NCBI GenBank assembly: GCA_963707985.1
Contig: CAVPRW010000022.1
Span: forward strand, 1-64,000
Reading direction: 5' to 3'
Origin: an uncultured Nitrospinota bacterium
GTDB lineage: Bacteria > Tectomicrobia > Entotheonellia > J063 > CAVPRW01
Length of the DNA: 64,000 nt
The translations under genes and the position numbers were made by a program. Below the pieces are notes generated by a model. The model saw only the letters and a program-made list of their open reading frames with translations. It did no database searches and had not been told where the DNA came from. Shown here in pieces: positions 38,588 to 51,775 of this stretch (positions are counted from its first letter, which is position 1; each line of letters opens with the position of its first letter).

Positions 38588-39646
38588 TCAGACGGGAATC
38601 GGTGAGGTGATGCCTTTGAGTGCCTGGGCGATGCTTTGCTCGAGGGGGGGACGGAGCAGGCCCACCTCAGTTATGATGGCGTGCACATAGGCATGCGGCG
38701 TCACGTCGAAGGCCGGATTGAGAACGGCGATCCCCGTCGGCGCGATCTGATGGTCGCCAATATGAGTGACCTCGTCAGGCTGGCGCTCTTCGATGGGAAT
38801 GTCATCGCCGGACGGTAAAGAGCTGTCAATGGTCGACAGCGGCGCTGCTACGTAAAAGGGAATGCCATGGGTGTGTGCCAACACTGCCACTCCATAAGTG
38901 CCGATCTTATTGGCCACGTCGCCGTTAGCCGCGATGCGATCCGCCCCCACAATGACCAGATCGATCATTCCGCGCCGCATCAAGGATGCGGCCATGTTGT
39001 CGGCAATAAGGGTCACTGGGATGCCGTCTTTTTGTAATTCCCAGGTTGTCAGTCGGGCCCCCTGTAGTACCGGCCGTGTCTCATCGGCAATGACCTGCAC
39101 ATGCTTGCCCTGCTCCACCGCCGCACGGATGACCCCCAAGGCTGTCCCATAGCCAGCCGTCGCCAGGGCACCCGCATTACAATGCGTGAGGATGCGGGAC
39201 TGATCGGGAATCAGGATCTGGCCATATAACCCCATCTGTCGGTTGTTGGCGATATCTTCAGCGCGGATGCTCAAGGCCTCCTGTTCCAGACGTGCTTTCA
39301 GGTCGACAAGGGAGAGCTGGTGGTAAGTCTGAGCGCAGGCTTTCATGCGCGCAATGGCCCAGAAGAGATTGACTGCGGTCGGACGTGTTGCCGCCATGAC
39401 TGCACAGATCTCGGTGAAGCGCTCCCAGAAATGGTCAAAGTCCGTGGCCTCGATGGCGCGGGCCCCAATCGCCAAGCCCAGCGCGGCCGTCACACCGATA
39501 GCAGGGGCCCCACGCACTGCTAGAGTCCGAATGGCCTCCGCCACCGTCAGGTAGTCACGACATTCGATGAAGACTTCCTCGCCAGGTAACCGCCGCTGAT
39601 CGATCAGTCGGACGGCTCCGTTGACGTATTCGACTGTGGCCACCAT
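38588..39646 (-). CDS. mtnA: S-methyl-5-thioribose-1-phosphate isomerase
   Basis: [43 protein letters not shown]. Confidence 0.95.
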   Translation of the reverse strand: MVATVEYVNGAVRLIDQRRLPGEEVFIECRDYLTVAEAIRTLAVRGAPAIGVTAALGLAIGARAIEATDFDHFWERFTEICAVMAATRPTAVNLFWAIARMKACAQTYHQLSLVDLKARLEQEALSIRAEDIANNRQMGLYGQILIPDQSRILTHCNAGALATAGYGTALGVIRAAVEQGKHVQVIADETRPVLQGARLTTWELQKDGIPVTLIADNMAASLMRRGMIDLVIVGADRIAANGDVANKIGTYGVAVLAHTHGIPFYVAAPLSTIDSSLPSGDDIPIEERQPDEVTHIGDHQIAPTGIAVLNPAFDVTPHAYVHAIITEVGLLRPPLEQSIAQALKGITSPIPV

Positions 39647-39675
39647 CCTCGTCCTCACATCGTTTTTTTCGGCTG

Positions 39676-40206
39676 TTAGCCCCGATCTGTCCCGCTTACG
39701 TCGCTTCGAGGCTCAGAGGTTTCCAACAGGGGAGGAAGGCGATCCGGAGAGTCCTCGTCCTTTTCCTCAACCGTTTCTAGCACCCGAAGGTGCTCTGCCA
39801 CAATGTGACGGATATCGGACACGAGCTGGTGCCTTTGGCGTTTGAGCTCTACCACCTCCTGCTGGAGCCCTTGAAGTCGGCGTTCAGCATCAACCTGGAG
39901 CTGGTTGGCCTTCAGGGTCGATTCCAAGACGACTTGTTCGGCCTGCTTTTCGGCACGCCCGATCCAGTCCTCGCGAATTTGTTGAATGGCCATGAGGGCC
40001 TTCTTCAGCTCATCCTCGCCCTGTTGCATGCGTTCCAGCTCTTGATCCTTCCGTGCCAGGGCATCGCGAAGACGGGAATTGTCCCGGACCAAATCCTCCA
40101 TGTCACCAGCCACCAGCTCGAGAAATTTGTCGACTTCCCCCGGGTCCAAGCCCCGGAAACGGACCGGAAACTGCTGCTGTCGGATCTCCAGGGCCGTCAC
40201 CTTCAT
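39676..40206 (-). CDS. divIVA: DivIVA domain protein
   Basis: [24 protein letters not shown] plus coiled coil. Confidence 0.85.
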   Translation of the reverse strand: MKVTALEIRQQQFPVRFRGLDPGEVDKFLELVAGDMEDLVRDNSRLRDALARKDQELERMQQGEDELKKALMAIQQIREDWIGRAEKQAEQVVLESTLKANQLQVDAERRLQGLQQEVVELKRQRHQLVSDIRHIVAEHLRVLETVEEKDEDSPDRLPPLLETSEPRSDVSGTDRG

Positions 40207-40243
40207 GCCTACCACCTCCCTGCACACACCTGCATGGCACCGC

Positions 40244-40543
40244 TCATCGCATGTTGATGGCAATTTCCTGCAAGGACACGACAAGAAACCGGTCAAGAAA
40301 GAATATGGCCAAAATGGCGATCAGCGGTGAGAAGTCGATGCCAAAGCCGCCTCCGGGCATCTTGCGTCGAATGGGCTCCAACACCGGCTCGGTTGCCCGA
40401 TAGAGAAACTGCACGATGGGGTTATAAGGATCAGGCGAGACCCATGAAATGACCGCGCGCGCGATGATGATCCACATGTACAGCTGGAGCGCATAGTGAA
40501 GGACAAGCGCGATGGCTCCAAAGAAATTCCCGAATACGAACAT
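40244..40543 (-). CDS. yggT: YggT family membrane protein
   Basis: ISWVSPDPYNPIVQFLYRATEP...IDFSP. Confidence 0.93.
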   Translation of the reverse strand: MFVFGNFFGAIALVLHYALQLYMWIIIARAVISWVSPDPYNPIVQFLYRATEPVLEPIRRKMPGGGFGIDFSPLIAILAIFFLDRFLVVSLQEIAINMR

Positions 40544-40661
40544 CCCGTCTTCCTCTGTTTGTTTTCTCGCGAAAAGCCTCATGCCCACAGGTGCTGGAGA
40601 CATCCTCCATCGATGCCAGGCGTATATAGATCACCTGTTCAAGTCCCTTCGCTGCAACCAG

Positions 40662-41483
40662 TCAGTGAGACTCCCGTCCGAGTTCGCGGGACCGTAGTGT
40701 GGCGCGTTCAACCGCCTGCATGATGGCACCGCGAAAGGCACGCTCTTCCAAGGCCTGCACTCCGGCAATGGTCGTGCCCGCCGGCGACGTCACGCGATCC
40801 TTCAATTCGCCAGGATGCAGGCCGGTTTCCAGCAGTAGCTTGGCCGAACCGTAGACGGTTTGCGCCGCCAGCGTCTGCGCTGCTTCGCGCGTCAGGCCCA
40901 TCTTGACTCCACCGTCGGCGAGAGCCTCGATGAGCACGAAGATATAGGCTGGTCCGCTGCCGCTCAGACCGGTCACCGCATCCATCAAATACTCAGCCAC
41001 CACGACTGTCCTGCCGAGGGCATCGAAGAGGACACGGGCAACCTCCAAGTCTGCTGGCGTGGCATGGCTTCCAGCGCACAGCCCGGCAGCCCCAGCCAGC
41101 ACCAGGGCCGGGGTGTTGGGCATGACACGTACCACCCGGACCGGCTCCCCGAAAGCGCTCTCAATCTTCGCTGTGGGCACTCCGGCGGCAATCGAGATCA
41201 CCACCTTCTGATTGTCCACGACTGGGGCTATCCCCTGGATGGTCTGGGTGATGTCCTGGGGTTTGACGGCTAGAATGATCAGGTCAGCTTGCGCCACAGC
41301 TTTGACGTTGTCGGTCGAGGCCTGCACCGTGTAGGTATCTCGCAGGTAGCCCAGCCGCGCCTCGATGATATCGGTGACGGTGATCTGCTGGGGCTTGATG
41401 AGCTGAGCTACGATGAGGCCTTTGAGAATGGCCTCGCCCATGTTACCCCCACCGATGATGACCAGCCGTTTGTCACTCAGCAT
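40662..41483 (-). CDS. proC: Pyrroline-5-carboxylate reductase
   Basis: GGGNMG, RVMPNTP, SGSGPAY, VTSPAGTT. Confidence 0.96.
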   Translation of the reverse strand: MLSDKRLVIIGGGNMGEAILKGLIVAQLIKPQQITVTDIIEARLGYLRDTYTVQASTDNVKAVAQADLIILAVKPQDITQTIQGIAPVVDNQKVVISIAAGVPTAKIESAFGEPVRVVRVMPNTPALVLAGAAGLCAGSHATPADLEVARVLFDALGRTVVVAEYLMDAVTGLSGSGPAYIFVLIEALADGGVKMGLTREAAQTLAAQTVYGSAKLLLETGLHPGELKDRVTSPAGTTIAGVQALEERAFRGAIMQAVERATLRSRELGRESH

Positions 41484-41503
41484 GGTAAGCGTCCTCAGCA
41501 CTC

Positions 41504-42196
41504 TTAGACTGGCCGTGCACCGAAGATGGCTGAGCCGACGCGGACCATTGTCGCGCCTTCTTCGATCGCGACTTCGAAATCATGGGACATCCCCATCGAT
41601 AGTTCTGACATGGACACCGTCGGGATGCACTCCCGTGCGATCTCTTCAGCCAGGGTCCGGAGGCCGGCAAAATAGGGTCGAGCATGCTCCGCGATCTCGA
41701 CGACCGGCGGCACGCACATGAGCCCACGGATCGCCACATGCGGCAATGCAGCAACCTGTTGCACTAGCGTCATGGCTTCGGCGGCAGGCACACCGGACTT
41801 CGTGGTTTCGTCGCCGATGTTCACCTGAATCAGTATTGGCATGACCATGTTATGCCTGGCGGCGCGTGTGTTGAGGTCTTGCGCCAGGGGCAGGCTATCG
41901 ACTGACTCAATCAGATCGAACAGATCGCAGACAACCCGCACCTTGTTGCGCTGCAGGTGGCCGATCAGATGCCACTGGACCTCACGCCCTAGGATTTCGA
42001 TTTTGGCCTGGGCTTCTTGCACACGATTCTCACCGAATACCCGCTGACCAGCATCGATGGCCTCACGGATGCGCTCCATCGGCATCGTTTTTGTCACCGC
42101 TACGAGCGTGACCCTCTCTGGATCACGGCCGACGCGGCTAGCGGCTTTGGCGATCCGCTCCTTTACGGCACTGAGGTTGTCTGCCACTGTCCCCAC
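41504..42196 (-). CDS. yggS: PLP homeostasis protein YggS
   Basis: [37 protein letters not shown]. Confidence 0.96.
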   Translation of the reverse strand: MGTVADNLSAVKERIAKAASRVGRDPERVTLVAVTKTMPMERIREAIDAGQRVFGENRVQEAQAKIEILGREVQWHLIGHLQRNKVRVVCDLFDLIESVDSLPLAQDLNTRAARHNMVMPILIQVNIGDETTKSGVPAAEAMTLVQQVAALPHVAIRGLMCVPPVVEIAEHARPYFAGLRTLAEEIARECIPTVSMSELSMGMSHDFEVAIEEGATMVRVGSAIFGARPV

Positions 42197-42331
42197 GGCC
42201 ACCCCCCTGTCTGTCGGCTCGAACCCTGTTCCCAACCAATGCATCTCTCTTATATCATTCGTTCGCCAATACTAGCAAGCTTTTACCGCGCTTTTCGTGC
42301 CCACGATAACAATGACCCGTGGAGGGTTCGC

Positions 42332-43582
42332 TCACAAACTCCTCGTCCCCGTGCGCGGTAGATCGTGTAAGAGTTCCACGGGCTCTTCTTGTCGATGCTT
42401 GAGCACATCCCCAACTCGACGACAGCCGACTAGGAAAATCACACCTGCCGCCACGTTGATCACTGCGGGCAACAGCAACGCCGTTTGTAGATTATAGATG
42501 TCGGCTAGCTTGCCGACAATCGCCGGGGAAAATGTATCGCCCAGCAGATGAATAAGTAAGATGTACAACGCTTGTGCCGTGGCCTTCACATCATTTGGGA
42601 CGATGTCGTGAATGACCGCAATAATTGGCCCCGTATACCATACCATTAAAAAAATGCCCAGGAAAAAATAGATCAGCATCAGCACATGGTCGGTCGTATA
42701 CAGCGAGAGCGTGACGAACGGACAGGACAGAATGAGCCCAACGCCGATCGTCGCCATCCTCCCCCACGGCCAACGAGCATATAGCCAATCGGCCAGATAG
42801 CTGCCGGTGACGACTCCCAACAAGCCCCCGGTCACCCCTACCGCGCCGACGTATAGGCTGGCATCGCGCGGTCGAAACAGCCGGACATCTGTCACGAATT
42901 GTGGCATCCAGACGATCAGGGCCCCAGCGGAGAACGCGGTGATGACGCCTCCCAACAGAATATAGATGAACAGCGGATTGCTCAGGAGCGCGCTCACCGG
43001 CGTGCGCTGATGGATGACAACCTGCGGGGGTTCGCGTACATACCAGGCCAGCCCTCCCAACAGGAATCCCGGTAGACTGACGAGATAGAGACAGGCACGC
43101 CAGCCCAGGATTTCCCCGAGCACTCCCCCTAGAATCAGTCCTGTGGCGCCACCCAGAAACATACCTAAATTGAAAAACCCTAGGATACGCGAGCGTTCGA
43201 GAGCTGGGAATACGTCGCTCAGCAGCGAGTTGGCCGGAGGCCCGTAGGCGGCCTCACCGATGCCGACCGCCGCACGCCCCACCAGCAAATGGCTGAAGTC
43301 GGTGGCAAGCCCGCACAAGAAGGTGGCGGCGCTCCAGCTCCACACCCCAATGGCGATGATCTTACGGCGCAGCCAACGGTCGGAGAGCATGCCGATGGGG
43401 AGGGAGGTCAGCGAGTGAATCAGCATGAACGCCGTGATCAGCCCGCCAAATCGAGTGTATGTGAGCTGCAGATCATGACGGATAAATGGACCGAGGGAGA
43501 TGATAATCTGGCGATCGACGTAGTTAAGGAAATTGATCGCCGTGAGGATGAGCAATACATACCATGCATAGCGTTTTGTCAT
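42332..43582 (-). CDS. MFS transporter (spinster-like)
   Basis: NFLNYVDR, GRAAVGIGEA; about 12 TM segments. Confidence 0.9.
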   Translation of the reverse strand: MTKRYAWYVLLILTAINFLNYVDRQIIISLGPFIRHDLQLTYTRFGGLITAFMLIHSLTSLPIGMLSDRWLRRKIIAIGVWSWSAATFLCGLATDFSHLLVGRAAVGIGEAAYGPPANSLLSDVFPALERSRILGFFNLGMFLGGATGLILGGVLGEILGWRACLYLVSLPGFLLGGLAWYVREPPQVVIHQRTPVSALLSNPLFIYILLGGVITAFSAGALIVWMPQFVTDVRLFRPRDASLYVGAVGVTGGLLGVVTGSYLADWLYARWPWGRMATIGVGLILSCPFVTLSLYTTDHVLMLIYFFLGIFLMVWYTGPIIAVIHDIVPNDVKATAQALYILLIHLLGDTFSPAIVGKLADIYNLQTALLLPAVINVAAGVIFLVGCRRVGDVLKHRQEEPVELLHDLPRTGTRSL

Positions 43583-44222
43583 TGAGGAATTATCCACCTG
43601 GTGGGAACATGCTGCCGTCCACGAGGGTTCACGGGATACCAACGGTCGGTAGGGGAGCCCTCTACGGTGCAGTTCGAACCCTTCTGACGGGGTCCTCTCA
43701 TCGACAACGACGGTAGGAAACTGATCGCTCAGCGCTCATGCGGGAATCATAACTATCGCTTCGATCGCGATGACGAGAGCCTCGGGCACTCTCAGCCCTA
43801 CAGGAATAATCTTCGTCAGTCTGGCCAGCTCGAAGCCCTGTAGCGCCATTTTCTCCATCGCCATCAGTTTTGCACCTGATCGCCGACACGGCATCGACCT
43901 GAGCGCATGATACTGAATGGAACCATGAAAGTCCAGCCCTCCACAACCGGCGTGGGGCAGGTGCAGACAAGAGGAAGCAACGCTTCGGACGAACAGCCAA
44001 GCCTGCCTTGGCCATGAATGCCATGCCGAGATGCAGGGGTGCACCTGCGTTGTGGCCGACTCCAGGCTTGACTTCGACTGAAGGCAGAGTAAGATAGTCC
44101 TGGAGCTGGCATGAATCTGCGTTGTTCTCCAGCGTTGCACCCGATCGGGGAGGACCGCGCGCGAGAGGTCGCGGAGCAGCATGACGCCTCCTTCCTGAGC
44201 ATCCTTCCAAGGACCCCTGACT

Positions 44223-45476
44223 ATGGCGACCGTCAATGCGGAAATCGTTGCGATCGGCAGTGAGCTATTGCTCGGGCAAATCGTCGATACCAATTCAGCC
44301 TGGATGGCACAACGTTTGGCTGAAATCGGCGTTAATCTGTTTTACAAGACCATCGTCGGCGATAATGCCGGCCGTATGCGCGAGATCCTCAGCCGGGCAC
44401 TGGAGCGCTCCGACGTGGTGATCACCTCGGGTGGCATCGGCCCGACTGAGGATGATTTGACCCGGGAGATCGTCGCCGAGGTCACCGACCGAGAGCTGAT
44501 CCTCGACCCAACCTTGCTGCAACAGATCGAGGAACGGTTTCGCAGGCGCGGTTTCATCATGACCAAGAATAACGAAAAACAGGCCTATATCCCGGCGGGG
44601 TCTATTCCGGTTGAGAATCCCAACGGTACTGCACCCTCGTTCATCGTTGAAGACTCGAACGGTGTGATCATCTCCCTTCCCGGCGTCCCGTTCGAGATGA
44701 AGTGGTTGTTTGACCACCGCGTCATCCCGTATTTGCGGGACAAATTCGACCTGCGGGAGATGATCGTCTCGCGTGTTCTGAAGATCGCCGAGATCGGCGA
44801 GAGTAGCGTTGACGATCGCATCGGGCATCTGATTCGCCAATCGGCCAACCCGACCGTGGGTGTCCTGGCCCACCCTGGTCAGGTCGATGTGCGTATTTCG
44901 GTGAAGACAGACAGTGTCGAGAAAGCCGAGCAGCTGATCGCGCCAGTTGAGCAAGAGGTGCGCGCGGCGTTCGGGCATCACGTGTTCGCCATCGACAACG
45001 AGACGATGGAGGATGTGGTTGCGAAGCTATTGCAGGCCAAGGGTATGAGCATCGCGGTCCTCGAAGACCTGACCGGCGGCATGATCGCCCAGCACCTACA
45101 GCAAGCGGCACGGGAGTCGTTGGCCGAAGCGATGATCGCGCACACGGAGGAGCCGCTGCGCCGGGTCTTGCGGCACAGTCGACAACCAGAGCGAGTGGAG
45201 GAGCTACTGCAGGATGACGCAGCGCTGACTCAGGAGCTAGCGTATGGCATCCGCGTCCATAGCCATGCCGATCTCGGCTTGGCGGTGCGAGCCCTTCCCG
45301 ATCGCTCACGGACGACGCAAAATCTGTCCCCTGGCACGACCTACATGACAGTGGCCGACGCTCATGGCCTGCACAGCCGCGAGTACAACTTTGCCGGCCG
45401 GGGTAATCCTGATTTGACGCGCATCACTATGCACGCTTTGAACCTTGTGCGTCGCACGCTCGAAGGCACCGTATAG
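44223..45476 (+). CDS. cinA: CinA family protein (MoCF domain plus divergent PncC-like domain)
   Basis: GSELLLGQIVDTN, GGIGPTEDDLT, LPGVPFEM. Confidence 0.88.
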   Translation: MATVNAEIVAIGSELLLGQIVDTNSAWMAQRLAEIGVNLFYKTIVGDNAGRMREILSRALERSDVVITSGGIGPTEDDLTREIVAEVTDRELILDPTLLQQIEERFRRRGFIMTKNNEKQAYIPAGSIPVENPNGTAPSFIVEDSNGVIISLPGVPFEMKWLFDHRVIPYLRDKFDLREMIVSRVLKIAEIGESSVDDRIGHLIRQSANPTVGVLAHPGQVDVRISVKTDSVEKAEQLIAPVEQEVRAAFGHHVFAIDNETMEDVVAKLLQAKGMSIAVLEDLTGGMIAQHLQQAARESLAEAMIAHTEEPLRRVLRHSRQPERVEELLQDDAALTQELAYGIRVHSHADLGLAVRALPDRSRTTQNLSPGTTYMTVADAHGLHSREYNFAGRGNPDLTRITMHALNLVRRTLEGTV

Positions 45477-45642
45477 ACGCCTACACGCCGTCACGGAGAC
45501 CTTCTTGTGTGTCAGCGGGGGGTGAGATATACTCGGACTCGATCGTGAGCTCGACGCCCTCCAAGGCAGCAGGCCACGCGGTATGGCGTCACCACTGCCC
45601 GAGCTGGCGGACTAGGCGGTCTCATTGAGCCCCCACAAGGCA

Positions 45643-46191
45643 ATGCCCCCAAACACTGATGCAACCTTACCCGATTATCTGCCGGACCGTCCCGATATCC
45701 TGTTCGTCGGGATCAATCCTGGGAGCTACTCTGCACGGCAAGGACGCTACTATGCACGGGCCACAAACCGCTTTTGGTGGGCCCTGCATGCCTCCGGCCT
45801 GATTCCCCTCCCACTGTCACCGCAGGAGGATTGGCGCGTGATCGAGTTCGGCCTGGGGTTGACCGATCTGGTCAAACGCCCCACCAACAGTGCTGCGGAC
45901 GTGCGTGCTGACGAATTCGCCGCCGGACGACAGGTTCTGACCGAGAAGATCGCACGTGTACGGCCGTTGATCGTCTGTTTCAATGGTCTCACCGGCTATC
46001 AGCAGTTCTTTCAGGAACCCACTCAACCGGGACGGCAAACCCGTTGCCTGTGCGGCGCCTCGGTATTTGTTCTGCCCTCAACGAGCGCGCGGAACGCCGC
46101 CTACCCGCGTCACCTCGTTCTGGGATATTTTCGCGAGTTATGCGCCCTGCGCAACGAATTGCGTCATCGTCCGCCACGCCAGGAGATATAG
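45643..46191 (+). CDS. mug: G/U mismatch-specific DNA glycosylase
   Basis: FVGINPG, NRFW, LPSTS. Confidence 0.9.
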   Translation: MPPNTDATLPDYLPDRPDILFVGINPGSYSARQGRYYARATNRFWWALHASGLIPLPLSPQEDWRVIEFGLGLTDLVKRPTNSAADVRADEFAAGRQVLTEKIARVRPLIVCFNGLTGYQQFFQEPTQPGRQTRCLCGASVFVLPSTSARNAAYPRHLVLGYFRELCALRNELRHRPPRQEI

Positions 46192-46193
46192 CC

Positions 46194-47759
46194 ATGGACC
46201 TGCAACAAATCCTTGAACACGCGGAACGATTTTATCCCCATCGCACCGCGGTCGTATGCGGCACCACGCACTTCTCGTATCGCCGCCTGACCGAGCGCGT
46301 CCACCGCTTGTGCCATGCCTTGCATGGGCTGGGAATTGCCAAGGGTGACCGACTGGCCATCCTGATGTTCAATTGTCACCGCTATTTCGAGCTCTATTAC
46401 GCCACTCCGCAAACGGGAACGCTGGCCGTCCCGCTCAATGTTCGCCTGTCGGCCAGCGAGATCGCCTATATCCTGAAGGATTCCGGCAGCAACACTCTCT
46501 TCGTGGGTCCGGAGTTCCTACCGTTGCTGGCGGAGATCCGTGCTCAGTTGCCTGCCCTGCAACATTGCATCTTTACTGGCGAAGGGCCGCCCCCCGAGGG
46601 TTTTCACAGCTATGAGCATCTGCTTGACGCCGCTCCAGCTGATTTCCCTCCAACCGCTGTCGCGCCGGACGATCTCGCGGCCCTATTTTATACCAGCGGC
46701 ACCACGGGGCATCCCAAGGGCGTCATGTTGTCGCACGCCAACCTACTCGCCAATGCCCATCATGTCCTGGCGAGCATGGACTGGCGGGTGGGGGAAGTGT
46801 ACCTCCATGCCTGCCCGATGTTTCATATCGCTGACGGTCCGACCAGTCATTTCATTACCTGGCTCGGTGGCACGCATGTGATCATACCGGCTTTCAGGCC
46901 CGACCTCGCCCTGGAGGTTATGGAGCGCGAGCGCGTCACGGCCACGTTGCTCATCCCCACAATGATCAATTTTCTCATTCATCACCCGGATGTCAAGGCT
47001 CGCGACTTGAACACCCTGCGCTATATCGCCTATGGTGGCGCACCGATGCCGGCGGAATTGGCACGACAGGCCATGCAAACGCTGAGCTGCAGCTTTATTC
47101 ATGTCTATGGCTTGACAGAGTCCTCTCCACTACTGACTTTCTTGCCGCCGGAGGAGCATGTGGCCGACGGCCCGCCTGAGAAAGTGCGCCGGCTGCTCTC
47201 CTGTGGACGCGAGATAATCGGCGTGCGGGTGCGGGTAGTCAATCCCGAGGGGCGAGAAGTCGCGCCGGGTGAGGTGGGGGAGATCATCGCCAAAGGCCCG
47301 AACAACATGGTGGGGTACTGGAACAAACCGCAGGAGACGGCTGATGCTCTGCGTGATGGCTGGCTCTATACCGGCGATCTGGCGACGGTCGACGACGAGG
47401 GGTACATCTATATTGTCGATCGCAAGAAAGATATGATCATCACCGGCGGCGAAAACGTCTTCTCGACCGAAGTAGAAAATGCCTTGTATACCCATCCGGC
47501 GATCCTGGAGGCGGCGGTGGTGGGCGTGCCGGATGCCACCTGGGGTGAGGCCATTAAGGCGATCGTCGTGCTCAAGCCGGATATGCAGGCCAGTGCCGAG
47601 GACATTATGGAGCACTGCCGCAGTCATATCGCCCATTTCAAAGTGCCGCGCTCGGTAGATTTTTACGCAGGGGCCCTACCCAAAAGCGGCTCTGGAAAGA
47701 TTCTTAAACGCGAGCTACGCGAGAAGTTTTGGACGGGACAGGAGCGGATGGTGCATTGA
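46194..47759 (+). CDS. Long-chain fatty acid-CoA ligase family protein
   Basis: YTSGTTGHPKG, YGLTE, TGD, DRKKDMIITGGEN. Confidence 0.92.
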   Translation: MDLQQILEHAERFYPHRTAVVCGTTHFSYRRLTERVHRLCHALHGLGIAKGDRLAILMFNCHRYFELYYATPQTGTLAVPLNVRLSASEIAYILKDSGSNTLFVGPEFLPLLAEIRAQLPALQHCIFTGEGPPPEGFHSYEHLLDAAPADFPPTAVAPDDLAALFYTSGTTGHPKGVMLSHANLLANAHHVLASMDWRVGEVYLHACPMFHIADGPTSHFITWLGGTHVIIPAFRPDLALEVMERERVTATLLIPTMINFLIHHPDVKARDLNTLRYIAYGGAPMPAELARQAMQTLSCSFIHVYGLTESSPLLTFLPPEEHVADGPPEKVRRLLSCGREIIGVRVRVVNPEGREVAPGEVGEIIAKGPNNMVGYWNKPQETADALRDGWLYTGDLATVDDEGYIYIVDRKKDMIITGGENVFSTEVENALYTHPAILEAAVVGVPDATWGEAIKAIVVLKPDMQASAEDIMEHCRSHIAHFKVPRSVDFYAGALPKSGSGKILKRELREKFWTGQERMVH

Positions 47760-47847
47760 TCAAGGGAGGTCGCCAACCCCTTCGTGGGAAGGCGCATGCC
47801 TCATGGGCACTGTCAGAGTATATTTTCCGTGTGAGGAGGGACCAACG

Positions 47848-48486
47848 ATGGCAACGCAGGGTAAAGGTTTACTCGCCGTGTGGACTGACATCCCAGCGCA
47901 CATCGAAGCGGATTTCAACCGCTGGTACGACGAGGAGCACCTGCCGGAGCGCTCCGGTATTCCAGGATTTTTGAATGCGCGCCGGTATGTATCGTTGCAA
48001 GGTACCCCGAAGTATCTGGCGCTCTACGATACCATTGATGCTCAGGTACTGCAGAGCGACCCCTACCTCAAGGTCCTGGGCAATTCGACCCCCTGGACAC
48101 AGCGCATCCGCCCGCACTTTCAGAATTTTGTCCGAAACGAGTATGAATTGATCCTGACTCTTGGCACTATTCCTGAGCAGGCATCGCCATCTGTGCTGCT
48201 CGTCCGTATGGGCATATCCCCCGAGCACGAAGACGAGTTCAATGACTGGTACAACACCGATCATGTCCCCGCCCTGACCGGTGTGTCCGGGGTTTATGGG
48301 GCCAGACGCTACCGCGCTACGGCCGGCTCCCCCACGTACCTGGCGATGTACGAGCTGGCTCATGCGGACGTACGGACGAGCGATGCCTGGAGGAAAGCCG
48401 CCGATTCCCCCTGGACCCTGCGCCTGCGCCGCCTCTATCGAGACTTTGCCGCAACTGTTGGCCAACTCATCAAAGCTATGCCGTAG
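47848..48486 (+). CDS. Tandem EthD/DUF4286-like dimeric alpha+beta barrel protein
   Basis: Two repeats of FN.WY..EH.P....PG...ARRY. Confidence 0.7.
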   Translation: MATQGKGLLAVWTDIPAHIEADFNRWYDEEHLPERSGIPGFLNARRYVSLQGTPKYLALYDTIDAQVLQSDPYLKVLGNSTPWTQRIRPHFQNFVRNEYELILTLGTIPEQASPSVLLVRMGISPEHEDEFNDWYNTDHVPALTGVSGVYGARRYRATAGSPTYLAMYELAHADVRTSDAWRKAADSPWTLRLRRLYRDFAATVGQLIKAMP

Positions 48487-48555
48487 TGGGGGGGAGGAGG
48501 AATTCACCAACCCTTGCGAGGTTGAAAGTGCCCGCCCGTCAGTACGCGAGATGAC

Positions 48556-48584
48556 TTGACAAGCCAGGAGGGGGTGTCTAGAAT
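48556..48584 (+). promoter_or_regulatory. sigma70-like promoter of mdh-sucCD-ndk
   Basis: TTGACA-N17-TAGAAT. Confidence 0.65.
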
Positions 48585-48618
48585 CGCCTCTGGTGATCTT
48601 CCCTCCATGTGAGGGTAA

Positions 48619-49593
<975 letters not shown>

Positions 49594-49703
49594 GATTGGT
49601 ATCACGCCATCGAGACGCGTGGACCGAGTGATCCGAATGGCAACATGGATCGACGCTCAGTCCCGAGTTCGCTTGACTCGCTACCGTCTTTTTAGGGGCC
49701 TCC

Positions 49704-50882
49704 ATGAAAATTCACGAGTATCAGGCCAAGGCGATCCTGGCCGAATATGGCATCCCGGTGCCGAAAGGGGAGGTGGCCCACACCCCGGCAGAAGTGGCCG
49801 CGATCGCCCAACGTGTGGGTGGCCGTGTGGTCGTCAAGGCGCAAATTCATGCTGGCGGCCGCGGGCAGGGAGGTGGCGTCAAGCTTGCCGATTCCCCTTC
49901 GCAGGCGGCAGAGGTCGGGGCGAAGATTCTCGGCATGACACTGGTCACGCCACAAACCGGCCGCGAAGGGCGCCTCGTGCGTCTGGTGCTGGTCGAGGAA
50001 GCCCTGGATATTGCGCGTGAGTTGTATGTGAGCGTGACGGTCGATCGCGAGCGGAATTCCGCCGTCATGATCGCTAGCGAAGCGGGTGGTGTGGCCATCG
50101 AAGAGGTGGCAGAGAGTACGCCCGAGAAAATCCTTAAAGAGTGGATCGATCCTCTGCTCGGCCTCCGCCCTTTTCAAGCCAGACGCTTGGCGTATGCTCT
50201 GCACCTCGCGCCAGAGCAATCGTCGCAAGCCATTGCCCTGATGCAGGGCCTGTATCGCGCCTTCCTGGATAAGGATTGTTCGCTGGCTGAGATCAATCCA
50301 CTGATCGTGACCCGTCAGGGCCACCTGCTGGCGCTCGATGCCAAGCTGGAGCTCGATGATAACGGCCTCTTCCGACACCCTGAGTTACAGGAGTTGCGGG
50401 ATATGGGGGAAGAGAACCCATTCGAGGTCGAGGCCTCCAAGTATCGCCTCAACTACATCAAACTCGATGGCAATGTCAGTTGCATCGTCAATGGGGCCGG
50501 CCTGGCGATGGCAACCATGGACATCGTCAAGCTGGCAGGTGCGGAACCAGCCAATTTCCTGGATGTTGGCGGTGGCGCCAGTGCCGAAACGGTTGAGAAC
50601 GCCTTTCGCATCCTGCTCATGGACCCCAACGTACGAGCGGTGTTGATCAACGTGTTTGGTGGCATCTTGCGCTGTGATGTCTTTGCCCAGGGGGTCGTGC
50701 AAGCCGTGAAAAACGTGCAGGTGGAGCTCCCTGTGGTCGTCCGTATGGAGGGCACGAACGTCGAGCGGGGGCGTGAGTTGCTGCAAGAATCCGGATTAAA
50801 CTTCATCGTGGCTGATAACATGCGAGATGCGGCTGACAAGGTGGTGGCAGCGCTAGGCAGCGGCGGAGGGCGTGCGGCATGA
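49704..50882 (+). CDS. sucC: Succinyl-CoA synthetase beta subunit
   Basis: [37 protein letters not shown]. Confidence 0.97.
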   Translation: MKIHEYQAKAILAEYGIPVPKGEVAHTPAEVAAIAQRVGGRVVVKAQIHAGGRGQGGGVKLADSPSQAAEVGAKILGMTLVTPQTGREGRLVRLVLVEEALDIARELYVSVTVDRERNSAVMIASEAGGVAIEEVAESTPEKILKEWIDPLLGLRPFQARRLAYALHLAPEQSSQAIALMQGLYRAFLDKDCSLAEINPLIVTRQGHLLALDAKLELDDNGLFRHPELQELRDMGEENPFEVEASKYRLNYIKLDGNVSCIVNGAGLAMATMDIVKLAGAEPANFLDVGGGASAETVENAFRILLMDPNVRAVLINVFGGILRCDVFAQGVVQAVKNVQVELPVVVRMEGTNVERGRELLQESGLNFIVADNMRDAADKVVAALGSGGGRAA

Positions 50883-51775
50883 GTATTCTCGTGGATGCCC
50901 AGACTCGACTGCTCGTGCAAGGCATCACCGGCCGCGAGGGCACGTTTCACACCGAACAGGCGATTGCCTATGGGACTCACGTGGTGGCAGGAGTGGTGCC
51001 GGGACAGGGGGGCAACACGCATTTGGGCGTGCCGGTGTTCAATACGGTCGAACAAGCCGTACGGGCGACCGACGCCAACACATCGGTCATATATGTGCCC
51101 GCCCGCTTCGCCACCGATGCCATTCTGGAGGCGATCGACGCCGGTCTTGCCCTAGTCGTCTGTATCACCGAGGGAATTCCCGTCAACGATATGCTCATCG
51201 TGAAACGGCACTTGCAGGGCAAGCCGACTCGGCTCATCGGCCCCAATTGCCCAGGTGTCATCTCCCCAGGAACATGCAAGATCGGCATTATGCCGGGGCA
51301 TATCCATAAACCGGGTCATGTGGGGGTGATTTCGCGTAGCGGCACTCTTACCTATGAGCTCGTGTGGCAGTTGACGCAGTTGGGAATCGGGCAATCCACC
51401 TGTGTGGGGATCGGCGGCGACCCCATCATCGGCATGCAGTTCATCGATTGTTTGCAACTGTTCCAAGATGACCCCGACACGCATGTCATCGCCATGATCG
51501 GCGAGATCGGGGGCAACGCCGAGGAGCGCGCCGCAGCCTATATCAAAGCGCATGTCCAGAAACCTGTGGTCGGATACATCGCGGGCCAGACGGCGCCTCC
51601 GGGTCGGCGTATGGGGCATGCGGGGGCGATTATCTCGGGTGGTCAGGGCACGGCGGCCGGGAAGATGGCGGCCATGGAAGCAGCCGGTATCCGGGTCTGT
51701 CGCAGTCCGGCGGATATCGGGCATGGGGTGGCGGCAACGATAGAGATGCTTGCAGCGAAAGGCGGAGAGCGGTGA
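50879..51775 (+). CDS. sucD: Succinyl-CoA synthetase alpha subunit
   Basis: [26 protein letters not shown]. Confidence 0.97.
   Translation: MSILVDAQTRLLVQGITGREGTFHTEQAIAYGTHVVAGVVPGQGGNTHLGVPVFNTVEQAVRATDANTSVIYVPARFATDAILEAIDAGLALVVCITEGIPVNDMLIVKRHLQGKPTRLIGPNCPGVISPGTCKIGIMPGHIHKPGHVGVISRSGTLTYELVWQLTQLGIGQSTCVGIGGDPIIGMQFIDCLQLFQDDPDTHVIAMIGEIGGNAEERAAAYIKAHVQKPVVGYIAGQTAPPGRRMGHAGAIISGGQGTAAGKMAAMEAAGIRVCRSPADIGHGVAATIEMLAAKGGER

Noticed and set aside
43736..43864. Small ORF ending EALVIAIEAIVMIPA, faintly like a RidA C-terminus
   Set aside because: Similarity too weak to call without a search
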